Of a stretch of DNA of 64,000 nucleotides, positions 33,403 through 44,386 are shown piece by piece (the first letter of the stretch is position 1; each line of letters starts with the position of its first letter). The position numbers were made by a program, and so were the translations under genes. Under the pieces are notes generated by a model. It was given only the letters and a program-made list of their open reading frames with translations, made no database searches and was not told where the DNA came from. Source of the stretch: Picochlorum sp. SENEW3 (Eukaryota); the NCBI GenBank assembly GCA_034226945.1, contig CP120459.1:62001-126000 (forward strand). Reading direction: 5' to 3'.

Positions 33403-35490
33403 ATGCCGGACATTAATCAAAAGGATTCCGAAGGCAAGGTGCCATGGTCACCACAAGAGGAGCAGGAACTTATGCGATTGCTGCATGATGAAGTACACCA
33501 TGCAAACACATTCGGGGATACGCAGATGAGCTGGGCTCGGATAGGTCAGTACTTTAGAAGGAGTGTGGATGAAGTGAGGATTAAATTTGACCAATTGCAA
33601 AGCCAGGTGGAACAAGCATACAGGCAAACAGCTGGTGTAAACGGGCTTCTGCCAAGTCAGCCTCATGACTATGAGAACCAGTATCAGCCAGGTATGGCGC
33701 ATCAGAGGGGTGATATGATCGGTTATGCTCAGCCTACTCCATCTCCAGGGGAAATGGCAGCATATATGCAGCAAAATCTAGGTTATTATCATGATCCATC
33801 GCAGTATCCCGACTTGCATGATCATGCAGCATACTTACCAGACCAACATCAACAATATCTTCCATCATACTATCCACACCAGATACATCATCAGCATGTT
33901 GAGCAGGAGCAAGGGGATGGGATTCCAAAGAAGAGCACTGCTCCTAAGAACGACAAGGGCTTCTGGAAGGAGGAGGAGCAATTGGAACTCTTACATCTTG
34001 TTAGGAACACACAATATCGAGAGCAAGTAACTGGAAGAAAAGAAATCGATTGGGGTTTGATTGCCAAGCACTTGGGCAGGGGAAAGCGGAGTGTGCAAAG
34101 GAAGTATGACAATTTGAAATCTGCAACAGTTGGAGCAGATGGTTCCCTTGTGCTGCCTCCCAATGATGGAAAAAAGTGGTCTCCTAGCGAGGTTGACGAT
34201 TTGATGAAGCTTGGCGATCCAGATGATAGTTCATATCGCAAAGAGCTGCTTGGTATAGACAAAGTGGACTGGAGGAAGTTTGGTGAATATTTTGGCCGTT
34301 CATATGAGAGTGTGGCCTACAAGTATTCCTATGTCAAAAATACAGCAGTGACGAATAGAGGGAAAAGAAAGCATGAGAAGGCAAAACACTCGACGTCATA
34401 TAAAGAGATGGCTATCACCGCCCTCCAAACTTTGGGTGGAGAGGGCACGAGTGGTCAGATCTGCAATATCATTAGTAGCCATCCAGTGTTCTGCACGCAA
34501 TTAGATTCAGCTATAGTTAGTGGGAAAAAGACTTTGAAGAGATGGAAACATGGTGTTAGATCCGCTTTGAATGCATTTGAAATGTTCCAGAAAACAGGGG
34601 ATACATGTGAAGGGGAGGTTGTCTGGCGATTGGACGAGGCAAGTGTTCAGGCTGACCTTACCTCATTACGCACCAAGTCGGGCAAGATCAAAACCAATCC
34701 TGCGAGGAAAATGTCTGTGAATAAGAAGCCAACGAAAAAGAAGGGAGAAAGCTCAACCGGAGTTGTTACCATTCAGGATGAAGAAGGTGCTAGTGAGATC
34801 CTTGCCCACATGGCACAAGCAAAAACTGGGACATTACAAGCTCCCGCTGCAGCGAACACTTCCGAAGATCCAAACTCTAATCCATCGAATGCAGGATACA
34901 ACAATACCAATAACAACGTCAACGAGGGGCTATTCAACCAGGTTCCGATCATGCAGCAAATTTTGGAGAGCAATCCTACTGCAGAGCAGCTGAGCCAGCT
35001 CCCGCCGGAGCATCTGGCCATGCTACAGCGGCAACTGGAGAATGGTCAGGTTATGCAACAGTATTCGGCGCCTTATGAATCGCATCGCAGAGGACAGGTG
35101 GAACAGAATCCTCAACATGGTGTGTATGATGTTGCCCCGCCTCAGAATTACCCCGTCTATGACCAATACGATCAGCAACAAATGATGGAGCAGTATGCTT
35201 CTGCCGTCAACCATGATGCAGCCCAGCATGCTGCGATGTCTCAAGGCGTGCAGATGGGACAGCCTTTTGATTCTGGGATGCAAATGAACCCACTTCGGCA
35301 GCCAGGGCCTCCCTATGACTATGCCATGTATATGCCTTACGGTGCATACATGGCGCATCAATACGAAGGATCTCACGGCGTTCCACCTCCAGAACAGCAG
35401 CAATATCATCCAGATGTACAATACGGTGGACAGCCGATGTATCAAGTACGTCCTGGTCAACAGCATGACCAGCAGCAGTATCATCATTAA
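33403..35490 (+). CDS. Putative transcription factor: three Myb/SANT-like repeats, winged-helix (forkhead-like) domain and Gln/Tyr/Pro-rich tail; paralogue B
   Basis: WSPQEEQELMRLL, WKEEEQLELLHLV..DWGLIAKHLGRG, WSPSEVDDLMKL..DWRKFGEYFGRS; ATG 33403 follows a TGTGCAG acceptor-like site. Confidence 0.65.
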   Translation: MPDINQKDSEGKVPWSPQEEQELMRLLHDEVHHANTFGDTQMSWARIGQYFRRSVDEVRIKFDQLQSQVEQAYRQTAGVNGLLPSQPHDYENQYQPGMAHQRGDMIGYAQPTPSPGEMAAYMQQNLGYYHDPSQYPDLHDHAAYLPDQHQQYLPSYYPHQIHHQHVEQEQGDGIPKKSTAPKNDKGFWKEEEQLELLHLVRNTQYREQVTGRKEIDWGLIAKHLGRGKRSVQRKYDNLKSATVGADGSLVLPPNDGKKWSPSEVDDLMKLGDPDDSSYRKELLGIDKVDWRKFGEYFGRSYESVAYKYSYVKNTAVTNRGKRKHEKAKHSTSYKEMAITALQTLGGEGTSGQICNIISSHPVFCTQLDSAIVSGKKTLKRWKHGVRSALNAFEMFQKTGDTCEGEVVWRLDEASVQADLTSLRTKSGKIKTNPARKMSVNKKPTKKKGESSTGVVTIQDEEGASEILAHMAQAKTGTLQAPAAANTSEDPNSNPSNAGYNNTNNNVNEGLFNQVPIMQQILESNPTAEQLSQLPPEHLAMLQRQLENGQVMQQYSAPYESHRRGQVEQNPQHGVYDVAPPQNYPVYDQYDQQQMMEQYASAVNHDAAQHAAMSQGVQMGQPFDSGMQMNPLRQPGPPYDYAMYMPYGAYMAHQYEGSHGVPPPEQQQYHPDVQYGGQPMYQVRPGQQHDQQQYHH

Positions 35491-35551
35491 TGTGAATAAC
35501 TTGTCAGAGAGAAATGTGACTGTTAAATACTCAGAGAAAAGCATAATAATA

Positions 35552-36281
35552 CTAAATGTCATCAACATCCTCGAAGTCGACCAAATCTTCCTCAGCATCG
35601 ACGTCATCATCAATTAGAGCATCTGTATCGTTGACACGGATATTATCTGGCAACTCCCCATACTGTTTTAAAGATCTAGCCTCATCTGCCATGTACTTCA
35701 AGATGACATCCGCCTTTTCATCCTGATATTCTCGTAACCCAACCAAAACAATGTCACCAGTGTTCACCCAAACCTTCTTCCTCATCTTACCGCGAATGTG
35801 ACATAATCTCTTCACACCATCAATGCAGTAAGCCTCCAGACGACCATTTCCAAGCATTCGCAGCACCTGTGCGTACTCTTGCCCATCCTCCTTGAAAATA
35901 AGCTCTCGCTTCTCCTCATTCTCGTTCTTTCCCCTTCTTCTATTCTTTCCTCCTTTACCTGCACGTGTCAAAAGTCATACACCGGTTACACAAGTGCAAC
36001 TTATTACAAACTCAATATGCTCGAGCATTCGTGGCGGCCTCAACACAACCCACCCCAGCCACCATTCCCATCAATACCCACCCTCAACAGAATTAATATA
36101 TCAAAGGTATACCCCCTGTGCACACAGCAAGCGCTCATGCTGCACCCACGGCCAACGCAGAATGAGCCGACCCAAAAATCACATTCATAACGGGCGTATG
36201 CTCAAGCTGTGGTGCCATGCACACCATAGAACCACATAATATTTTATTATTGTGCTCAAACGAACCTTTATTTTTTGGCAT
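35552..36281 (-). CDS. EIF1A: Translation initiation factor eIF1A (exons 36281-36266 and 35958-35552)
   Basis: [47 protein letters not shown]. Confidence 0.95.
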
Positions 36282-36615
36282 GGTACTAAAACAGGCGGAA
36301 CAGTAATTCAACAAGTCTCTTCTTCTGCAGTCTCTCTAACTCGCACGTATCACTTGTACCACTACTAAAAATGAGTAATATGAATTAATCTAAATGAATA
36401 TAGTAAAATGACCTCGCTTGCGTGGCAGTATTGGTGTGAAACATTTGCTGCCGTTTTGTGCACCAAATCTTCCCTTTTAAGGAATACTGACTCGACAAAC
36501 ACGCACACGAACTCGAGTTCCGGCGTCCAATTGTTCAGAATGAATTTCAATATTTATTCCATGTATTTTGAATCATTGCATGGTCGATCATACACGGGAT
36601 TTTTGTTGATAGAAC

Positions 36616-37788
36616 ATGTTTGGGCAGAAACTGCGGCACATCGCAGCTGCTCGTCTCTCAGTACTACGAGAATGGATTATTGATGCATCAAAGTCTTCAT
36701 CAGTTGTGAATTCGGCTGTTTGTACTAAAATCGCTGGGAGTGGGACAGGGTCCAGACTCCATGCTGCCGACGGAATGATGCGTCGTCTGTTCTATTCTCA
36801 TCCTTTGATTGATAGTTCAGTGTATAGAACAGGTACAGGTATTACTCGAGGGGGCATCTATGGGACTATGCGTGGGTTTTCGTCTGACGATGGGGCAGGG
36901 GAGCGCCGGGCTAAAATTCAAGACCTTCTGAAAGGATTGTCAGCAGATGATGCTTCTTTTGATAGAGAGAAGGCGGAAGAATTTGTGGATTCGTTCTTTG
37001 ATGATCAGTCAATGGATAAGGAGGAGGAAGGCCTGCTGGCCTTTGACGAAGAGGATGCCGTAGAGTCAGATGGAGATGAACAACAAGTAGATGATGGGTC
37101 AGCTGGGGCAGGAGGGATGGAGAAGGAGGATATCATAATGAGGGAGCTTCGAGGGTTGAGGCGTGGGTCTCGTAGAGTTGTATTGCAAAAGCTTTTGCAG
37201 GGAGGCATCCTCCAGTCTGATCCAGCCGCAGCAGAGGAGCTGAAGAAGATTGAAAAGACGTTTAGGCCTCCTTCAGGTTTTCGCATGAAAGTGGTGCATA
37301 TCAATAGAACGTGCAAAGGAACGCGATCAGGGGGATTGTTTAGATTTTCGGCGTTGGTGGTGGTGGGTAATGGGGAAGGGGTGCTTGGCTGGGGGTCTGG
37401 CAAGTCTGTAGAAGTGGGGCATGCTGTTCAAAAGGCACACCAGTCTGCATACAAGAATTTGTACCCTGTTCCTAGACATAATAACCATACCGTAACAGAA
37501 CCCGTCACGGCTACCTTCGGGAAGACAAAAGTGATCATGTATCCAAAGAGTTCGGGGAGAGGCATTGTGGCAAACCCCATGCTTGCTGGTATTTGTCGAC
37601 TGGCTGGAATCCATGATGTTGGTATCAAAGTGCACGGATCACGGAATCCACAAAATACAGTCAAATGTTTATTCGCAGCCTTTGATAAATTGAGATCACA
37701 AGACGAGATTGTAGGATTTCGGGACGGTGTTTTGACTGTTCAGGTGCCTACTGGGCGCTTTGGGCAGTTGAATCTCCCCCGTGTTTGA
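36616..37788 (+). CDS. RPS5: Organellar (probably mitochondrial) ribosomal protein uS5
   Basis: KVVHINRTCKGTRSGG..FSALVVVGNGEGVLGWG, LAGIHDVGIKVHGSRNPQN; long N-terminal extension. Confidence 0.85.
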   Translation: MFGQKLRHIAAARLSVLREWIIDASKSSSVVNSAVCTKIAGSGTGSRLHAADGMMRRLFYSHPLIDSSVYRTGTGITRGGIYGTMRGFSSDDGAGERRAKIQDLLKGLSADDASFDREKAEEFVDSFFDDQSMDKEEEGLLAFDEEDAVESDGDEQQVDDGSAGAGGMEKEDIIMRELRGLRRGSRRVVLQKLLQGGILQSDPAAAEELKKIEKTFRPPSGFRMKVVHINRTCKGTRSGGLFRFSALVVVGNGEGVLGWGSGKSVEVGHAVQKAHQSAYKNLYPVPRHNNHTVTEPVTATFGKTKVIMYPKSSGRGIVANPMLAGICRLAGIHDVGIKVHGSRNPQNTVKCLFAAFDKLRSQDEIVGFRDGVLTVQVPTGRFGQLNLPRV

Positions 37789-37812
37789 TCGATGTTACAT
37801 GTATTTATTTAT

Positions 37813-39144
37813 TTAAGCCCCTTTCTCATCTACAAATATGCGTACATTGATTAATGCAGCAGCAGGATCCTCCATCTGATGCAAAAGCTCACCGAGGACA
37901 CATGCTTGACGGTACATTTCTTCCAGCGTTGATACCTCACGCTTTCCTAAATGCTTCCGTAGAGCCCTCGCCAGAGACGCAGCTAGCTCGGTCTTGTATG
38001 CTGTCGACAATAAATCTCCGGATGGTGAAGACGCTGGGTCACTGTATGCAAATAACGTCAACACTTTCTCCATCAGGACTCTGTCCTCTGATGTTGAGCA
38101 TGACTGGGTAAGTTCCTGTCTGCCATATTCCATCGCATCATCATCCTTTTTATCGCGTATCAATTCACATAGTTTCTGGCATTTGAGTGCAAATGCAATC
38201 GATGGATTTTCATCCAATATCCCTGGGCATAACTCCTCAGCAGAAGCCATTGCCTTGTCTATATCCCCACCCATCACATACTCTGTGGCTGAATACAATG
38301 CCATGGATTCTTCCTTTGTCGATTCCGAAATTTGATTCCTACCCTTCAGGACATCCTCTCCCACTGCTTGGGCAGTCTCCCAATATCCGTGATGCTTGAG
38401 ATAATCAAACACGAGTTCAGCAATGATATCTGAACTTCCAGGAATTTTTGTATCAAGAATCTGCGTATGCAAGTTGGACATGACACTCTCAAGTATCGCT
38501 TCATAATCCCCTTTGAATGGCCTTCTTTCCAAATCATCTCCAAAATTTACAGCCACCTCCTCATCCGGGGTCCGAAAGCCGACCGTAGGATACAATGTTT
38601 CCTCCTCGACATCCCTAAACGCCACACCAAGCTGAAACCCCTTCTTTGTAAAGGTCAGCGTCTTCTCAATCCTATTGTAAATAATCCCAATCCAATCTCC
38701 AGTCGTAAAGATGGGTCCATACGGCCTCCCAGTCCCTCTTCCATTAAATACATGCCCATCATCTCCATGATACCCATATGAATGTGGCTCCCACCCAGGC
38801 AACCTGTCCAACTTGACATCCTTTCTGGACAGACCAATGCCAATATATCCATCCCTGCCCTTGTTAATAATCTCTACCTCAAAGTAATATACTGGACACC
38901 CCTTTGGAATGGGGTTATTCGACCGAATCGACGCCGCATCCCGATCATCACTCCCAGGACCCTTGTATTTGACTCTCAACCCAACCACGTCCAAATATCT
39001 CATAGAAGCCTGGTGTTGCCCTGGTGTCGCATCCCAGCCCGTTGGACCTCCGTCACCACCCAATTGACACTTTAATTCCCTTTTCGAAACAGGAGAGCCC
39101 AAATGAACGGGCACAGGAGGAGCACCCTGTTGCCGACTACTCAT
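37813..39144 (-). CDS. RanBP9/10 (RanBPM)-like CTLH-complex subunit (SPRY-LisH-CTLH-CRA)
   Basis: YYFEVEIINKGRDGYIGIG, LPGWEPHSYGYHGDDG, LVFDYLKHHGYWETA. Confidence 0.9.
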   Translation of the reverse strand: MSSRQQGAPPVPVHLGSPVSKRELKCQLGGDGGPTGWDATPGQHQASMRYLDVVGLRVKYKGPGSDDRDAASIRSNNPIPKGCPVYYFEVEIINKGRDGYIGIGLSRKDVKLDRLPGWEPHSYGYHGDDGHVFNGRGTGRPYGPIFTTGDWIGIIYNRIEKTLTFTKKGFQLGVAFRDVEEETLYPTVGFRTPDEEVAVNFGDDLERRPFKGDYEAILESVMSNLHTQILDTKIPGSSDIIAELVFDYLKHHGYWETAQAVGEDVLKGRNQISESTKEESMALYSATEYVMGGDIDKAMASAEELCPGILDENPSIAFALKCQKLCELIRDKKDDDAMEYGRQELTQSCSTSEDRVLMEKVLTLFAYSDPASSPSGDLLSTAYKTELAASLARALRKHLGKREVSTLEEMYRQACVLGELLHQMEDPAAALINVRIFVDEKGA

Positions 39145-39461
39145 GGGAACCCCGTCTTGCTATGTACGTCAGAATCTTCTTCTATTCTCCACCTATCCGT
39201 TCAAAATTCATATATATTGCGAAATAGCTGCATAGGATACGCAAGAATGCATTTCTGGCCCTGCTCCGGGCAGCTGACTGCAGTCACAGCGTATTTTAAT
39301 ACGGAACATCTCGACCGGAGGCTTGATTTGGGGCTATCTTGGGTTGTGAATGGGCTATATTAAGCATAATATTGTCTTAGAATAGAGTGTGACTGAGATT
39401 CAGGACACTGTTGATACAACAAGCAGGTCATGCATGGGTCAGTCATCTCAAAATCGTAACC

Positions 39462-40718
39462 ATGTCGCTCGATTCGGACGATATTGTCGATGAAATCGAC
39501 ATTGTATTGTCAACAGAAGCAGTCACAATTGAAGGAGGGCTGATGCCAGTTTTACTGCAGTTTCCTTTGAGGGAGAAGGATAGGCCGTACTCCACAGGTG
39601 AGACTGCTCCAAGGGTGAAATACAAATACAATGTTCAGAGAATGCACTGGGATGTTCCACTGGATACAGAAGGTCCAAACTACTATGATGGGGGTGTTGG
39701 CGAGACGAAGCGTGGGCCGTTGGAGTACTTTTCTCTCAAGAGTTCCAGGGTTCATCAGGGTGTTGGAGGGATGGGGGTGGGTTTCATGAAGGATAACAAG
39801 CTACATTTGGTACCTTTGCAAGAGGTGATGCAGCTCCGTCCATCTCCCAATCATTTAGATGATCATAAAGAGAAGAGTACGGTGTTGCATCCGAAGGAGG
39901 TTCCCCATCAGGGCAATGCCAAGTCAGAATTACAGCCCATCACTGTGCAGATTAAAAAGCATGAGACAGAGCAGCAGACGGAGGCCAGGTTGAGATCGTA
40001 TGCATTTCATGCCCAAAAAGATGAAGCGGATGAATGGTGTGATTTGACGTACCATGGCCACGGTTCCGATGTGTCTTCTGCAGTGCAGCGTATGATTGAA
40101 CATACCATGGGGGAGCCAGTAGGGTCAGACCAATATTTGGACAAGATGGAGTACCTTGATCAGCTCGTTCCTTCTACATCAACCGCAGCAACAGTAACGA
40201 CGGTCAAGATGCCATATAGTGGAGAGGGAGCTGTGTTGAATGATATAGGCAAGCCTGCTCAATTTAAAAGCAATGATCAACCTGGGTCCAGTCTCATGCT
40301 GAGCAACGATTCCATGAACGCTCTTGGAAAATGTTTGACTCGTCTCTTTGAAGAAAGTGCCGTGATTAGCTTGAATAAGATTAGAAGAAGTCTACAGCAA
40401 CCGCACATGACGGAGCAACTCGTAGCATTAGGTGCAACTGGATCTGATGAAAGCCTCCATGCATGCATCGGCTCCTTTGACAATGTGGTATTCATAAAGC
40501 ACGCATACGTCCGCAGACTTCAAGGAGATAGCACATTGGATCCACTACGATCGATTGTATTAGATATATTGGCAGAAAATGACGTGACAAAGAGAGGAGA
40601 CATCATGGAGTTGGCAAATAAGCAGGGTGTGGCAGTGACTGACAATATGTACTCACGAGTCATGAAAGAATTATGCATCAGCAAAGGCAGTTCATGGTCT
40701 ATGAAATCCGGCGATTGA
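39462..40718 (+). CDS. RPC5: RNA polymerase III subunit RPC5 (Sin_N family)
   Basis: DDIVDEIDIVLS..LLQFPLR..RPY, LHLVPL..VMQLRPS..HLD, EWCDL. Confidence 0.75.
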   Translation: MSLDSDDIVDEIDIVLSTEAVTIEGGLMPVLLQFPLREKDRPYSTGETAPRVKYKYNVQRMHWDVPLDTEGPNYYDGGVGETKRGPLEYFSLKSSRVHQGVGGMGVGFMKDNKLHLVPLQEVMQLRPSPNHLDDHKEKSTVLHPKEVPHQGNAKSELQPITVQIKKHETEQQTEARLRSYAFHAQKDEADEWCDLTYHGHGSDVSSAVQRMIEHTMGEPVGSDQYLDKMEYLDQLVPSTSTAATVTTVKMPYSGEGAVLNDIGKPAQFKSNDQPGSSLMLSNDSMNALGKCLTRLFEESAVISLNKIRRSLQQPHMTEQLVALGATGSDESLHACIGSFDNVVFIKHAYVRRLQGDSTLDPLRSIVLDILAENDVTKRGDIMELANKQGVAVTDNMYSRVMKELCISKGSSWSMKSGD

Positions 40719-40804
40719 TGTAAAAATCTTTTACAAAGAAATCAATACTATGCTATTATATCTGATGTCTACTGCTATTATGCTGGGCGAATCCAACAAC
40801 ACCT

Positions 40805-41491
40805 CTACTCAGACCTAACAAGAGCAATCTTGCCGCTGCAGTATTTTGCAGTCAGAGGGGTCTTCTTGGACGCAGCCAATTTCTCTGGATTCTTCATTTT
40901 ACGGGTATTCTTCTTCATTGGTGGCGTACTCTCATTCTGTGCTAACCACTCCTTGCGGCCTAGCCTTGCATCCTCATATGGCAACTTCCACAAATCAATA
41001 CCAGCCTCCTTGGCCATGGCCTGAAGACCCTTCTTCTCAACAGTCTTGATGGCCTTTGTGCAAATTCTCAACTTGACCCAGCGCTGTCCCTCTGGCCAGT
41101 ACACCTTTTTATACTGAAGATTTGGCTGCTGAAGCTTTTTGTTCCTCTTGTGAGAGAATGTCACCACATATCCGTTATTTGCCTTCTTCCCGGTCAAATC
41201 GCACACGCGAGATGCTACATCATTAAAAAAATGCACATTAGAAATCATATACACCTCCCCATCCTTCTCTCAGGGACGACTTCGTCTCAGCAACCCAACA
41301 AAAGCAACCTTGCCGCCGGGACGCTACTACCACCCCAAATACGCACCTTCAATTTGCACCACTCGGCTCTCTACCCCACGCATTGCGCACACTCGAGTCT
41401 GAAAATGATTAATTGCACCAGAGAATCCACTCTTTTTGCTACTCATGGCAAGACGCCCTTGGCTCTGCGTCGCCACCAATGACTGCATCAT
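40805..41491 (-). CDS. RPL28: Plastid ribosomal protein bL28 (exons 41491-41347 and 41214-40805)
   Basis: Transit-peptide exon joined in frame to [33 protein letters not shown]. Confidence 0.88.
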
Positions 41492-41862
41492 TCTTCTAGT
41501 ATTCCCGAATAACACGTATGTCTTCTCCTCTCTAAACAATGAGGTGTACTGATATTACAGATGAATTGTTTTCGATGACAATGCGGGTCACATTGGTGTT
41601 TTGTGGTATCGAGACGATAGATAGGGAGCCAAGGCTTCTGTAATGCTGGGCTTCCTATCAAATAAATGCTATGATGGGACCCATATTCGAATCCCATCGA
41701 AACATGGCGTTGTATCCCGTCACATGCTTCCTTGGAAGGGAGGATCATCATCCTACACGCTATTCCAGCAGTTTCATGTCTTCGAGGCGCATTCTGCTGC
41801 CTGGGTGGCAGTACATGAAATTGATTACTTTTGACAAGGGAGAGCACATAGTCAAGTGAACG

Positions 41863-44345
41863 ATGGGGAGTCAGCTGTTGGCTCCCTCTTTGAGCAGTGC
41901 CCATGCGGTGGCTGCCATTGTGTCGAGTATGTCCAATCTCAAGATTGATGTGAGTCTTGGAAATGGAAAGGTATGTAGATTTCATGTATGGGCAGCATGC
42001 TGCGTATCTATGTCCCAGGAGTGGGTAGCACTCTGAGTGTCCATGCTACTTGCTGATCTTTTTCGTTTCTGTAGGATGTCAAGATGAAGATGGACCAAGG
42101 GGACGACTTGGTGGAGTATAAAGATGTGATGGCTCAAGGTAGGTGTCATGCATTGCGAGTTTCGGACGTTTGGGGGGTCTCTTATTGAAGTGGGTCTGTG
42201 TGCAGTTGCCAAGATGGTGGACATGTATCCCTCTGACGATGCCACATGTGCGTCATTGGATGATGTACTTGCTCATGCGGGGCGTGTTGATACGCTTGCT
42301 GCGAGTTGGCTGCCTCTGGCGGGTCCTACATGCACCGATGAGCAGAGAGAGGGCGTGAAAGGAGACCTGTTGCGGGAGCTTCAGGCTCTGAATGAGCGCC
42401 TTGCATCCTCTGAGTATCTTATGGGAGGGGACGTTTCTTTTGGGGATATTGCCATGTTGCCGAATGTGCTGAGTCTCTTTCAGTATGTTCTTGGTGAAGA
42501 TGTGAGGAACGAGTTTGGAAATATCTCTGCCTGGGTTGGGAGGGTTTGCTCCAATGAATCTGTATCATCTGTGGTCGGTACGTGTCTCATGTTTGTTGAT
42601 ATCACATGCACTGTCTCTTTTCCCAGTTGGACATTCCTTGTGAACCATTGCCCCTCTGGATGTAACCCGGTGCTAGAAGAAGACGTATAATTACCATTAG
42701 CCATTTGACTGATTGTGTTGGTCTCATGGTTATACGCTATGCGGACACACTAACATTGACCTATGCGTTGTGTACAGGAAATAAAATTGAGTTTTCTTCC
42801 GCTCCTGGGTGGCGCTTTGATCCTCATGCTGGAATTGACCCTGTCAAATTGGCAAAGAAGCTGGCAAAACAGGCAGAGAAGGAAGCTAAGAAAGCCAAGA
42901 TGGAGGCCAAGGCTGCTGCAAAGAAAAAGAAGGCGGAGGAGCTTGCAAAGACTAGGGCGGCAAATGGTTCAAAAAAGGCCAAGCAGAAGGCCGAGGCTGA
43001 GGCGAAGAAGGCTGCAGAGGCTGCTGAGTTGCAAGCATGGATTGATGAGGCCAAAGCCACACCAAAAGGGGAGCGTAAATCTGTCGGCCAGGGACAGATG
43101 CCTAAAGGGTATTGCCCGGAGGCTGTTGAATCGGCATGGTATGAGTGGTGGGAAGCAAGTGGGTACTTTAAGCCAGATGAAGATGAGACCAAGGAGCCTT
43201 TTGTCATGGTGATTCCACCACCTAATGTCACTGGATCACTTCACATTGGACATGCGTTGACGAATTCAATTCAAGACACGGTCATCAGATGGAGAAGAAT
43301 GAGTGGATATAGGGCATTATGGGTTCCAGGGACTGACCATGCTGGTATTGCCACCCAGACAGTGGTTGAGAAGAAAATTGCCAGAGAGACCGGCAAAACA
43401 AGGCACGATATTGGAAGAGACGGTTTTTTAGAAGAAGTTTGGAAATATGTGGATGATTATGGACACAGAATTACCAATCAATTGCGCAGGCTAGGATCAT
43501 CTGTAGACTGGAGCAGATCTGTGTTTACTATGGATGACACCCGCAGTGCTGCTGTGAATGAAGCCTTTGTTCAAATGCACGAGAAAGGCCTTATTTACAG
43601 AGATAACAGGCTTGTTAATTGGTGCTGTAAATTGAAGACTGCAGTGTCAGATATTGAGGTGGATTATATTGATGTCCCCAAAAGAATGGGCGTTCATGTG
43701 CCAGGATATGAGTCTGCCGTCGAATTCGGGGCGATTACATCTTTTGCCTATCCATACGAAGATGGATCTGGAGAAATTGTTGTAGCAACGACAAGGCCTG
43801 AGACCATGCTGGGTGACAGTGCTGTCGCAGTCCATCCAGACGATGATAGGTACAAGGATGTCATCGGCAAGTTCCTGGTGCATCCAATCAATGGCCGCAA
43901 AATACCAATTATTGCTGATGCAGAGCTTGTGGATCCTGAATTTGGAACAGGAGCCGTAAAAATCACGCCAGCTCACGATCCAAATGATTTTGCTACAGGA
44001 AAGAGGCATAATCTGGAATTCATCAACATCCTGGATGATAATGGTTGCCTGAATTCAAATGGAACAGGCAAGTTTGCTGGGCAACGCCGATTTGATGCTA
44101 GAATCACAGTTGTTGAGCATTTGAAAGAAATTGGTCTGTACAGAGGTGTGGAAGACAATCCAATGAGACTAGGTATCTGCTCACGTTCAAAGGATGTCAT
44201 TGAACCAGTGCTCAAGCCTCAGTGGTGGGTCAATTGTTCAGATATGGCTGCTGATGCGTGTGATCTTGTTAGAAAGAAAGAACTCGAGATTATACCGGAA
44301 GAGTACGAGGCGACGTGGTTTAGATGGATGGAGAATATTAGGGAT

Positions 44346-44386
<41 letters not shown>

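Noticed and set aside
41539..41859. Short ORFs upstream of ValRS as a possible extra cistron
   Set aside because: No recognisable motif in any frame; several overlapping short ORFs are expected by chance
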